Shown here: piece after piece, positions 14,663-27,491 of the stretch
Numbering within the stretch: the first letter of the stretch is position 1
How the letters are laid out: every line of letters starts with the position of its first letter
Source of the DNA: Catajapyx aquilonaris
Lineage: Eukaryota
Reading direction: 5' to 3'
DNA length: 64,000 nt
Assembly (NCBI GenBank): GCA_000934665.2
Contig: JYFJ02000088.1
Location: forward strand, 62,001 to 126,000
Notes under the pieces: model-generated
Told to the model about the DNA's origin: nothing
What the model saw: the letters and a program-made list of their open reading frames with translations, nothing else
Databases searched by the model: none
Program-made: the position numbers and the translations under genes

Positions 14663-16180
14663 GTAACAATAATATACTCCCTTGGCATTTTATCAGACAC
14701 GAACCTATTGCTCACGGTGTAATTAACATGCTAATGCTAGTGATGCAGGAAAGCACAAGAATTTTATGCACACAACCATGTAACATCAAATTCAAAGCAC
14801 TTTCTCTAAGAGTCTTATAATCTTTAATTGAGACATGAAGCATAGCACTTTTCACATATTCCCATCAATTTTTTTTAAAATAAACATAATGTGAGTGCGC
14901 ATTTCCTAACAGAAAAAAACATGACGTTTCAAAACGACAACTTCAAGCAGCCAATGATGTTAAAACCTGGGGAAATTTTTAGATATGAGATTTTCTTACA
15001 AAAAAACAACGGAAGAGAAATTCTCGCGTGGGAACTATGAAGTGTCTGGAGGGCTTTCGTGTAAAGATGAAGCAAAAATTTCATGGGAAATGGGCTTCAT
15101 CCTTTCTTTGACTCTGTTGATTCACAATATTTTGTCGAGCCTTAGAAGGCGGAGCTATTCGCACCAAAGAGCGCGGTAAGTGCTGTTCAGTAGCAATTAT
15201 ACCTACACCATGTCGGCCCGTTGTATATCTAAAAAAGTAGGGTAAAAGCATCAAGGTTTTGAAATAATCAGATTCATGGAAGAAATACCAGTTGGGTAAT
15301 GTTTCGTAGAAGAATAGATGTAGCAAGTGTACCAATCTGGGTTGTACTGGTGTGTACTAATAGTGCATACGATGCACATCAACGAATTTTGCTAATATTT
15401 TTCACACCTCTTATTCTCATGTGGTGAAGTGGGCTGTAAAGTTTTCTTTGGAGGTGAGTTCAGCAACAATCGTGGTAACCCGCAGAAGCTGCTGCTTATA
15501 GTGTCAATGTGCTATTTTTAAACTAAAAGTTTGGAAACCTTACCACTTGAAAGTACCGGTACCTTACCGCAAATACTGTAAAGGCGCCATAAAAATCTAA
15601 TTTCTTCCAATAATAGTCCAATCTGAACTTAATGTCTTGCAATTCTGTCAACAATGACACGAACAATCATCATCATGTTATGTCACGATTCGTCAAGTTT
15701 GAACATCCCTACGTCATTAAGATATGTGAGATATACCCCTTTGAAGCAAACATTCATTAAAGACGCAGAATTTCCTTAAGATATTCTCATATTTCGTAAG
15801 AACCTTGAGAATTTGCTAGGACGTGCACAAAATCTTTATTTTGCAACTAGCAGATTCCGCAACATGCTCATCATCCGTCACTCACCTCAACAGTTTAGCG
15901 TGTGTAGTTAATTGCGATCCTAATCTGGAATAAATCGTCATAATTATCAACGCTAGTGGTTTTCTATATCTGCATATCTAACACCTTATTTCTTCAGATT
16001 CAGAGAATGTGCGCGTAATGTTGGCATTTTCAAGGTATCATTACTGCATTACCTGACGGCATTCTTTTTGACCCCGCCTAAATTATGCTTCCATAAATTC
16101 ACAGAATAGTCACGCCATGAAAATCACATTTACCATTTATAAATTACAATATCCAAGTAATATCCATTCCATATTTTCAG

Positions 16181-18242
16181 ATGACTTTAACAGAAGCTAC
16201 AACGACAAAAAGGACCTTTACCACTACAGAAATTAGGTGAGTACACGATTTTACATATACTTATATTGTCACTTACTGCTAAATACATTTCAGTAACAAT
16301 GGAGGTAAAACGGCAACGGCGGAGAATGATGCGATGTACACAGGAGTGCTATCGGAAGAAGATGCATTGATAGACCCAATGATCATGCAGGCCAGGAAGG
16401 ATGAGGAAACCAACACGCCTTTTGTAGCAGACATAGTTTGGCCCAATGTTTTGGTTTTTGTCATATTCCACATCTGCATGATATACTCCCTCTATCTACT
16501 GGCTATTGGGACGATCCCATTTCATCATTTTCTTATTAGTAAGTGTGTATGATTTAACTCGATTTTTTAATTATATTGAAGAGTGCACTGTATGGTTGGT
16601 GGTGTCATAATCATTGTCTTGTAATAATTCTGGAATGTTCTGGTTTAAACAGGAGCTAAGGCAACCAGTCTTTATGCATTTCACCCTGAAAGGTCATGTT
16701 TTTTTTACTATGCGTTAATCCCAATGAAACTGGTTTCCTAAACGGGACATAGGGGTGGGAACACATGACAAAAAAATATCTAAATTCATAATATCACGTA
16801 ACAGTAAGGTAAATGTGAATGCTAAAAGTAGTAGTACTACCTACGTAACTATGTGAAAAGTGTCTAGCTGAATACTTAAGAAAACATATTTTTCAGTATA
16901 TGGTTACACCTTGTTCGCTAACTTCGGAATCACCGCTGGTGCTCATCGGTTATGGGCTCATCGTGGATACAAAGCCAAACTACCCCTACGTATAATCCTG
17001 GTCTGCATGCAAACACTAGCAGTTCAAGTATGATTTTTTACTACTTTAATTACACTTAATTTGAAACTTTACTTAATAACTATGTATTTTGCAATATTTT
17101 CAGAACTCAGTGTACGAGTGGGTCAGAGATCATCGAGTCCACCATAAATTCACGGAGACTAATGCAGATCCTCACAATATCAAACGAGGCTTCTTTTTCG
17201 CACATGTAGGATGGCTTTTGTGCAAAAAACATCCGGATGTTAAGACTAAAGGAAAAAGTGTGGATATGAGTGACTTGGAAGCTGATCCTCTGGTTATGTG
17301 GCAGCACAAGTTAGTATCGACCAAACTTGATTTAAAATTTGAAATAACTGTTGAATAACATATTCAATTTGCAGGTATTACCCATACCTGGCCATTTTGG
17401 GAGTCTTCATTGTCCCATCTTTGGTGTTCAAGTGGATTGCCCCATACTACAGCTGGTTTTATATCATTCTGGGAGGTGTCCTAGGAAGATACACATTTGG
17501 ATTAAATTTGGCGTGGCTTGTAAACAGTTACGCTCATATGTGGGGGAACAAGCCATATGATAAGTAAGTGCAATCTTATATAAATAAAGCCGTTTGTGAG
17601 GCTGTCTGTCTGTCTTTCCGTCTGTCCGCCTGCCAACCGTCATCTGCCTGCCATCTGTGTTCCACCCCCAGGACGGAAGAGGAGGGAGGTGTGGGAGTTG
17701 ACTACAGATGGCAGGCAAATGACGGTTGCCGTTATAGAGGCGGGAGAGGTTGAAGGTGTTGGAGTAGCAGGAGATGGCATTGGTGGCCGGACACACAGAA
17801 AGACAGACAGTTGACGGGGGTACTGGCAGGTGTTTTCGCTTAATTCATTTCTTCCAGGGCAACGCCGGGTGCCGCAGCTAGTAGCTAATAAGTTCTTCCC
17901 ATACTAATTATCTATTGTTCCAGATATATGGATGCGACTGACTCCAAGTTCGTGTCATTTTGGGCTATTGGCGAAGGGTGGCACAACTACCATCATGTGT
18001 TCCCCTGGGATTACAAGACATCAGAGCTTCCTTACTACTTCAACATCAGCACGATGTTCATTGACTTAATGGCTGCGATAGGATGGGCCTATGATCTGAA
18101 GACTGTGCCTCAAGAAATGATCAAGAGCAGGGCTACCAGGACAGGAGACGGGAGTCACCCTGTATGGGGCTGGGGAGACAGGGATATTCCAAAGGAGCAC
18201 GTTCAAATGACGTTGCGAATCAACAAGAGAAATGGGTCGTAA
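16181..18242 (+). CDS. Acyl-CoA desaturase (first/Delta-9 family), paralogue 2
   Basis: Exons 16181-16236, 16294-16538, 16897-17027, 17104-17309, 17375-17563, 17924-18242, all GT-AG and in frame. HRLWAH, HRVHH, HNYHH, WLVNSYAH. Confidence 0.96.
17574..17881 (+). mobile_element. Non-autonomous Helitron in last intron of desaturase 2
   Basis: Starts TC (TCTTATATAAATAAAG) after an A, carries a CTGT microsatellite near the 5' end, ends with GC-rich hairpin CCAGGGCAACGCCGGG then CTAG followed by T; no TSD. Confidence 0.8.
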
Positions 18243-19411
18243 TGATCAGGGTTTATCTACTAGAGAATAAGACTCAAATATTGTTGGTGAATATGAGGTG
18301 CGACATATGCACTAACCTTCAATACTCAGTTTTTAAAATGGTGAGATACGTAAATTCCACCTTATCAAATTTGAAAAAAATTTCTGAATAATTATTGCGG
18401 AAGTGCACGCCAATTATTAAAGTTAGCCAAATTGAAATTTTTTGATTACATTTCTAAATGTGTGGTAAGGGATATAAGTGCAATATTACGTATATTACTT
18501 TCGATAATATAAGATCATTACTTCAGAAAATTACTGCGGTATCATATACTGTGCATAATTTTGAGGGGTGAATTGTTACTGTGCATTAACACATGTAATT
18601 ATTCCATATGTATTTGAATACTGTACTAATAAGATAGTTTCCCTCTTACATGTGTGTCAAAATATAATTACAACCTAGACCATTCATCCATTCTTAATAT
18701 TAAAGCATTTCAAAATGTGATCTAGAGACAAGTGGTATCAGAATAATTAAATTGTGTGTCACCTTCACAACTGACACACTGTAAGACTGACTTTTTAGAG
18801 CCACCTCAAACTATATGTGTTACCATCCATGTATTACCCGTGATTAGGTCCTATTTAACCACACCTTTTCCACGTAGGACCTGGCAAGCAAGGTTTTATC
18901 ACAGGAGATGGTTGCCCCTCTTACCTTGAATAATGCATCAGCAATCAAAATATGAGGGGGATTGTGGGTATTTCCAGCCATCCCAAAAAACCCCGAACCT
19001 TCTTGCATGCCCATCCTTCGACAACACCTTTTGCAGGTATCTTTGGTGGTATTTATCAGTATTATCACATATCTTACTGCAAAAGGTGTTGTCCCGCATA
19101 GAATTACCAGTGGGCAATATTAGTGACAATACACCTTTTTGAGAGGACAGAAACACCTGAAGGAGTGCATACTAAGAGAATGTAAGATAAGTGATAGGGT
19201 AATGGGAAGGGCAAGTTGCGGTTGGAAAAACCCAAAAAAGTCCAACGCTTTAGGAGCTATTTTAATGAGGTGGAGAAAGCCGTATCCTTTATGACCTTTC
19301 AAAGCCGGATAACGTTTCTACGAAATACTACCGTATATCACATATCTTGTACAATGTGTCCGAAAGTGAGTCTTTAAAATTATAAATATTACGCTAAAAT
19401 AGTAATTTATG

Positions 19412-19545
19412 TACTATCGGGTTCAAATACTTTAGGCCACTTTATCCTGGTCTTGATGCAACCCTTCGAACAGACAGGTGTATGTGTGTGAAGGGTTGCT
19501 TCAAGACCCGGATAAAGTGGCCAAAAGTATTTGCACCCGATAGTA
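19412..19545. mobile_element. MITE family B, copy 1 (near-complete foldback, TA-flanked)
   Basis: TACTATCGGGTTCAAATACTTTAGGCCACTTTATCCTGGTCTTGATGCAACCCTTC pairs with GAAGGGTTGCTTCAAGACCCGGATAAAGTGGCCAAAAGTATTTGCACCCGATAGTA. Confidence 0.9.
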
Positions 19546-22500
19546 CCTTCAGGTATTCTCGACTGCTCTGGAGCAAATGCATATATTGTTATACAGGTAG
19601 CTGAATTTCGACACATGTTTTCAATACTTTTATGAACCACAAAAAATTCCGTTAGAACACACTATTTAAGTGGGTAAATCCAGCGCATGACGGATATTAT
19701 ACAATAATAATAATAATAAATCTAGGCATCAGTTCCAGCTCATGGAATTGAAGGCCTTCCTGGAAGCTCGAACATGATTTCAAGTTCAAACGTATTTTCC
19801 AAGTTACTGCAGAAGGTCGAGAGTTCGTTAAACATTGCTAACAGTTATTTAAATAAGTAGGATAAATTAATTAAGTCTTTTAATTTTCGCATCTTGAAAT
19901 TATTACAATGTGATGTTGATCTTTCTGAATTTCAGGTCTCCATGTACTGTATCTCTGCGTACTTGCCTATCGTTTCAATCTTTCGCAGTAATAATAATAT
20001 TAGGTTTTATGTAAAGGCAACGTAAAGAGGATACAGAAAATGCCAGTAATCTACAAGAAGTACTTACATGCAAGAAGTATTAAGTGAAATTGCGCATTTT
20101 GAAAAGCATTTATACAATTTGTGTTGGTTTCAATGAAGTTTCTTCTCTGTTTCTTTCTACGTCATCCACTGTACATATAACTTAGTAATTATGTAAGCTA
20201 CATTTAACTATCATTACTCATATGGCTCTCAAGTGAGAAATACCGGTACTATCAATTTGGAAACACAATATTGTATACCATGTCCATTTTTCGACCCATA
20301 GCTTGAGGTCATTTTTGGAACTTTTACCAGAACTGGCAAACAATCGCTAACACTGCATTTTACACCAAATTAGATACGTATGGATGTACAATAAAAATTA
20401 ACACATTGAACAAACGTATCTCGAGAACCTATAAATAATGCAAGCTCTTGCAGGTACGTAATAATTGATTTTAGTCGCGTAATGTCATTACGTAGGTTGA
20501 CTAAATGCCAAATGCTTATTGTTGTCACCAGCTACTGTGCCGAGTAAATGACAACAAACTGTAGAAATTCGTGTAACGTGCCAATAGCACGATGGACCTT
20601 CACCTATAGCTGGCACCGTGTGTAAGCTCCACCAGGAAAATATGGTAAGTAATTTTTTGTTCGAATTGTCTCTATGCCACTGTACTTTTCGTAGCTCTAA
20701 GATTACACCTTCAAATTCTCATGCTGAAATAGATTTCTAGTTTTATCATGTTTCCACCCGAACCAAGAGTGAGAAACACAGTTTTTGTACAACCGAATTA
20801 ATATCATAAAAATTGAGGCTCCATTTTTAAAAAGTCAACTGGCTCAAAGCATAGAACACATGCTTTTATTAGCAATAAAAGCATGCATTTTTTTTCTCGA
20901 AAATACAACTTAAGTTTTCTACTACATTGTCAGCTTATTCTTGCTTACTAATGTGCGCAGTGTGAGTTCGTATTAGCCTTAATTGTAATAATTGTGAGTA
21001 TCATAAGTACTATGGCTTTTCACCACCGAGCATGCAACTTCTAAGTTGGAGCTAATGCCGGAAATTATAATAAATTGGCTAGTAGTATTAACAACCTTGC
21101 GAATAATTGGGGCTATAAAACGCACCAATGACGCAGGTATACTGTTCACATGGTTCACAAGGTTAACCCTATTAGCAATAGCTAATACGATCTATTTTGA
21201 AATATTGTGTGTATGTACGGACAAGTCATTAAATTCAGCTATTCCTGCATAATTATATTATGTAAACAACATGAGGTAGTAGACCTATAGCTATTCACTA
21301 CTATAAGCCTATAAACTATCAATTTCTCACAAGCTAGTCGATTATGTCAGTACTTGAATATTACAAGTCTAATATAAGTTGATAATAATAATTGGTCCTA
21401 AATTACTAATTATTTTATTGTTGACTGCGTCATTCAAATTGAATAAAAACAATCTGGAAACGTTCAAGGTTAATTGCGTAACATACATGGGGTTCCAAAA
21501 TTCAATTTTAAATTTCCGGAGTGGAAAATATATTGTGAAATTCAAAGTACAAGTATTTGACCATTTGGGCATAGAGAAAGGTTCATCATTGGTTTTGAGC
21601 GTGTAATTACTTTTCAAGGAGATGAAGTACTTGTAGTGGTTCCAACAAAATTTAGAGCAAGAGTAAGACAATGTCACACCCTAGTACAAAAAATATATAT
21701 ATTAGAAACTATAGATGATGCTAAGATGGGTCCTTGTTGCCCCTGGTTTTGTCGTAATCACATCATCAGCTGATTATTATTTTTACACAGCCACAGCCTG
21801 TTCTAAGACTTTGACTCACCAGGATGGAAAGCACGTCCATAAAAATTTTGCAATATAAAACAGGTTATACCCCCAACCCAATCTTTACGCGTAAATAATG
21901 ACACTGCCCTTCATCTCTGTGACTAATGTTACAGAGAAGTAATTCCGACACAATGCTTTAAAACTTCTGAAGAAACATGGAACACCCTGTCGTTATTCTT
22001 AAGAGAGCAAGTGCATAAATATTTCAATGTCGTTCTGCTAATAGAACGTTCTAACCCCTGCAAGGTTGACTTAAACTGCGTTTTATGTCAGGTTAATATG
22101 TTTAACAAGTTTCACAATGGTACTTCTTTTAGAAATTAGTATATATATCTTCCAAACAAAAAAGTGTGGCTAATTAGGCAAAATACACTATATTTGGTCA
22201 TATATCGTGTAATTTTCTGTTGAGGTAGGTCTTAACATTGTCTAATTATTGCATATATAGGTGCTACTTTTTTTTGTCTTACAGACTCTTTTTTCCGCAG
22301 ATTACTACGTATACTGAATTTAGTCAAGTCATCAGGCGTGAAGAACTTCGCAATTACACTGCAACAAAAAGTAGTCAGGACTTTGAGCAAGGTCAGGGTT
22401 GGAGTAATGATCTTTCGACTTTTTCTTCAAGCAAGTGTCATACACTCTGATTAATAACTACTGCAAGCATATTACCTCCTTAAATATTTTTTTGTGAAAA

Positions 22501-25409
22501 TTACCAATTATACAATATTTGGAAATAAAAATATTTGACTAAAAATGGAAAACATTTTTGGCAGGCTATCGATGGTGAAAATTTTATACTGTATTATTAT
22601 ACTGTATAAATCATATGCTTTACAATCCTTTCAGAGTACAGGTTGGAGCAAAGTAAAATCATTACTTAAGTGCACTTTCAGTGTTGTATTACCCGCACTT
22701 GTGACTAATGTTTCGCATCAAAGCTTCACCTGAGTGCTTGATAATGCCTGTTTCATTATGAGCTCAGGTCGCTTCCTTTTTCTTCATGACCTGATGACGA
22801 CTCAAAAAATTATTATGAAAAACACACTTTCTTGTGCTAGAAAAAGTGCTTAGTGTACCGCTTGACTTCACACCAAATGGCCAACTGTAAATTAACCATT
22901 GACCCTAATAGTGAAGCCCACACATCTTGATAAGGGAACCAACTTTGTCTTATAATAACGTCGTTATTACTCTGAGGTCAAACACGGGGCTAAGGGAACA
23001 TAACCTTGGGTCAAAACCATTCCCGTCCAACCTTGGTGATGCAAAAATAGCGGAAGTTCAAAAATGGTTATATTTTAAACATTGCGTGAGATGACTCGAA
23101 CCAGAAATACTGAACTACTGAATAAAACATTACTTCAGAACTAATAATAATAATGCAAAAACATCTGCCAAATCAAATGATTAATTTATTCTCTATGGAC
23201 ATCCTTGGGATATTGGCCGTATTTCAAATCTCACCACTTTTGACGGCCAAGCAGTCAGGAGAGCTTGGCCTTTTTTTACAGAAAGGTTTTTGGTGGGATA
23301 AACTCTTCATAATTCCAGTAGCACATCTTAGTCCTAACTGACCTCAGGTTATAAAGTAAGTTCCCCTAGAGATGACCACTCATTGCGAATTATACCCAGG
23401 GGCATCCCGCGCTGATTTCGTAACCATGAGCCTCGCCCATCCATTGGCTAGAGGACTGTCTTCGAACTGGGATTGGTCCAGACGTTTAAGTTCAAGGCTT
23501 CAAAAACGATGGTTCTTGAAGTTGGAAGGCTCAATTGGGCTGCAGGGAAGAGAGGTGGTTGGTGTGCTAAATCCGGTGAGAGAAAGTGGCGACAGGTGTA
23601 GGCATCAGCCAACCCAGAGGATACGAAGTCTTCAATTATAGAGAGGTAAAGTCAGATACTTTGATCATTATTCATTGGCACAGCATGCTTGGCCAACTTT
23701 CCATTCTTGGAGGTATGAAAGTTTTGAGAAGGACAAATTTAGACACTTTACGACCACTATAGGGCTGAAATGGTAAGTGTGCGATTTATATTAATATTGT
23801 TTAAATTAATATTCAGATAAAAAAGAAGCAATTAGTGCACTTTTTTTAAAAACTGTCCATAACTGTTCAATTACCCCTTTGCTGGAGGTGACCTGTGAAT
23901 AATGTAGTTCTATCAGTAATGTGAAGTCTTTTCACTAGTACATCACGCTTCAGTTACGTCGTTCATGAACACAATAGACCTTCATTTATAGTAGGATCTT
24001 CCTTATTGCTTCAACAATATAGTGAGGTGATCTGAGCGTTACGCAATTCATGTGAGTGACACCACCATCAATCTTATAGTCATCGGGTATTGTGTGATTC
24101 CATACTATAGTAAGAAGGTGGGAAAATCCATTATGCCGATGAACCTACTAAAGTTCGTGACAATAATAAAAAAGGTACCATTCGTCACAAGGGTTTTACC
24201 AAGCGTAAAAGACAAGATGCGCAACCTTGAGATCATTATTCCCCGAATTGTTACTGCTTCAAGTTCGTCATAGGTACGCCACTATTAGCATGAAAAAATA
24301 TTAATAACAATAGATGTGATATAGCTCACTGATGCACAACATACGTCGTATTTTCAAGGGTTACGTCCTACACAAGGTCTTTACAACATAAGATGACAGA
24401 TGCTGATAGTCTCATGCGTTTTATAAACCACGCCCTTCAGGTGCTATTGTTTCGAATTGAACTACTTATTTTAGTAAATAGGCTGGACTTTAAAAAATTA
24501 AATTCGCAACATATGCTATTACATGACATTGCTCTTTAGTGGACATACTTTGGTGGCCAATGTCCTTTTGAAGGTCATTTTAAAAAATGCAGTGGGGTCA
24601 GACATGCGATTTGTCACTGTAAATGATCTACCATTGTGCTACCTTATTTTTAGAATAAAAGTATCAATTATTTTTGCAAATCTTTAGATGCAGTCCGTAC
24701 AGGCCGTTGGCCCAAACCTTCAGGTTTCCACCTTAACTATTTGCCTCCAGGGCAAAAGCTTTCTCAGAATCACTTAACCAGGATCTGAAAGGCACTTGAA
24801 GAAGAGTACACATACGTCAATTTGTGTGTGGCCAATTTCCGTATGATTAATACCTATTAATTCAAGTGGATATTGTCATCAGATTTCCCTAAGGTAATTA
24901 CTGAATTGTGACGCATATTGTTATATAAACAGAGGAAATCACTTTCCTTACGGATTTACTGTTACTGTATAGAACTGGGATTTAACCAAGGTCACATAAG
25001 GTGACTGGTTTATTTCTTTATTTATTTCTTTATTATTTTATTTACCCCGTGATAGAGCGGAACCCTTTTAGGGGGGACTTCCCGAGGGAGGGCGCTGTAA
25101 TTATAGTCATTTCTGATTTTTTGAAATACACCTCCTGGCCCCGGGCAGAGTAGGGAGTGGTGACTGATTTATTGTGAGACAGTAAGCTCCTACATTCGCA
25201 ATATATTTGCTATTCTTAGCAGAATGTCCATAAAGCTGTTTAGTGGTTTGGGCTACTCTCTGCACATCTGCATTTTTATTGCCTACACTAAAAGTACCGG
25301 TTTACTGATGGTGCATATTGCAACTTCGTGAGTGAATCATCCACACTTGCCACACATTGGCACTATTAGCGTGATCAACTGGTTTTTCCAGTTACGTGAG
25401 AAAACGGAA

Positions 25410-25640
25410 CCATTCAGACACAATGCCAGTTATTTTTGATCCGTTGGACCATCTGAGATCTTGAGTTCGATTCCCCTGATCAGTATTTTCACCTGCTTCT
25501 GTGCTTGGATCCCTCTGACATCTTTTGAACATCTCTCTGCATAACAAATTGCCTCTAATAAACCGCCAACAAGCCATGATGCCAAACACTTCCTGTAAAC
25601 GGATCCCTAGATGAGGCCGAGGCCATTCCCCAACCTAGAA
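25410..25640 (+). mobile_element. Possible degenerate tRNA-derived SINE
   Basis: B-box-like GAGTTCGATTCCC near 25462 and a downstream GAGGCCGAGGCCATTCCCC segment loosely like the SINE body at 14394-14662; ends undefined. Confidence 0.3.
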
Positions 25641-27491
25641 TTCGCCAGAGGAACGCGGCAATCCCTTAAACTGCTAATTGCACTCGAAATGCATTTTCTT
25701 TTTTACGTGCACCGACTCTAAAAAACTGAGGGATGACAGGTGCCTGACGGATTCAACTTTCCTCAGACTCTCAACATAAGTAGGCCAACATCACAGGATA
25801 TGTCATAAATGCATTTGTCCAGGACCTCGTGATGTCTTTGAGAGTATATGGGGGGTATTTTGACCATATTTGAGCCATCACGTTTGTACATTTCACGTTT
25901 GATTGCCATGAAGTAATTTAAATCCTACTTGGAACGACACATCACAAAAGATGACTATACCAAATTGGTGCCCTACTTTTGCCATGGATGGGATAGGATA
26001 TGATGAAGGGACCATGAATCATTTTTCTAGCATAGACCTACTTCGTTTCTATAATCGCAGCGTGTGTTCACAGCTTGAACTCATGGTCTGTAATTAGGCC
26101 GGAACTGCTGGATAAAGTGGACCCAAATTAAGAGAAAATCTGTGATTATTTATAGGTGTTTGCAACGAGTAATTAGACATTTGTATTAATTGGAGTTGAC
26201 AGGCAACACAGCAGGTATCGACTGGAATTTAGAAAAAAAATCTATGATTGTTTTCACTGCTGAGAATGCCAATATTAAGTGGGTTATTGTTGCTTACGTA
26301 ATTAATATTGTAGGTGTGCCCACCACTACTTAGCCAGCCAATCACTTCACCTACGAAGTGCCTATGGAAACTTTCCTTACATGAGTAAATCTCAATGTAA
26401 TTTTTAATTAATAATAACATCATATTATCGTGACACATCAATTTAACAAGTTGTAATCAAGTGAGCATGGGTTAGCCGTTAGCGTAACCGGTGTGTATAT
26501 AGTAGAATATTCATATCATGATACACTGTATCGTTATACGTTTACCTTTCCGATAAGTTAAAGCCGACCCTTCTCTATAACGTGTAATGATTTACAGCAC
26601 GGAAGGCAAAACGTGAGAAAGTTGTTATGGTTAGCTTTTTCGTATACACGCACTTGTGTTTTGCATTTCATCAGGGCTGCGTATATAATAGTAGTCTACA
26701 ACAGGATCTACGATTTATACCACGGTTGGAAAGAATAGTCAAAAAATGCGACCCATTTCTGATTCGTGTTAATTTTCCAGTTAATAGTTTGCAACAAAAT
26801 AATGTCATCATACAATTCACGGTAACTTTAATGTTACACAAAGTATTACTCATATGTGATGTAATGAAGAGTACGAAGGTAGCTTGGTAAAAAATTAGAA
26901 GGCCAATGTTTAAATATGAGTAAACATTTTCCTCTGCATTTTACAAAATCAGTGGATCGCATCAGTGGATAAGTACTTCCGTGAATTTTTATCTCATTAA
27001 TAGACCCTTTGTCAAGAAACATTCACCTTTTGCCTAATACGCTGTGACAACAATGTATCCGGAAGTTGTTATTTCAGTGGTAATTTGTAAACATAATTTT
27101 GCTGCTTAGCCTTAGCAATGATAATGATATGCGGAAATTATGGCATCAATGACACTCATTGTTTTGCTATAATTTACAGCTTTGTAATGACAGTTAATTT
27201 TTGTACCGAAACAAGCTTAGTTTCGCACAACGTTGTCTGAATTTGCAAGCATGAGTGATGCAATGTTTGTCCATGCTATTTTTATTCGCCATGTCTGTAA
27301 ATGGGTTATCCATTGTCAAAACCGAGACCCATTCACTTCGAGGGCAAAGAAAGTTGCGGCTACCATTGGTGTTGTCCACGCCTAATATTCTTTCAATACT
27401 ATACAACACCATATGGAGATGTGCTAGCAGTGCACCTGTACCATCCAGACTATAACACTACGAAAATTGACTGGTGTTCTCCTTTGCAGAT

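Noticed and set aside
14362..14820. 152-aa ORF
   Set aside because: Antisense read-through of the SINE with no protein motif.
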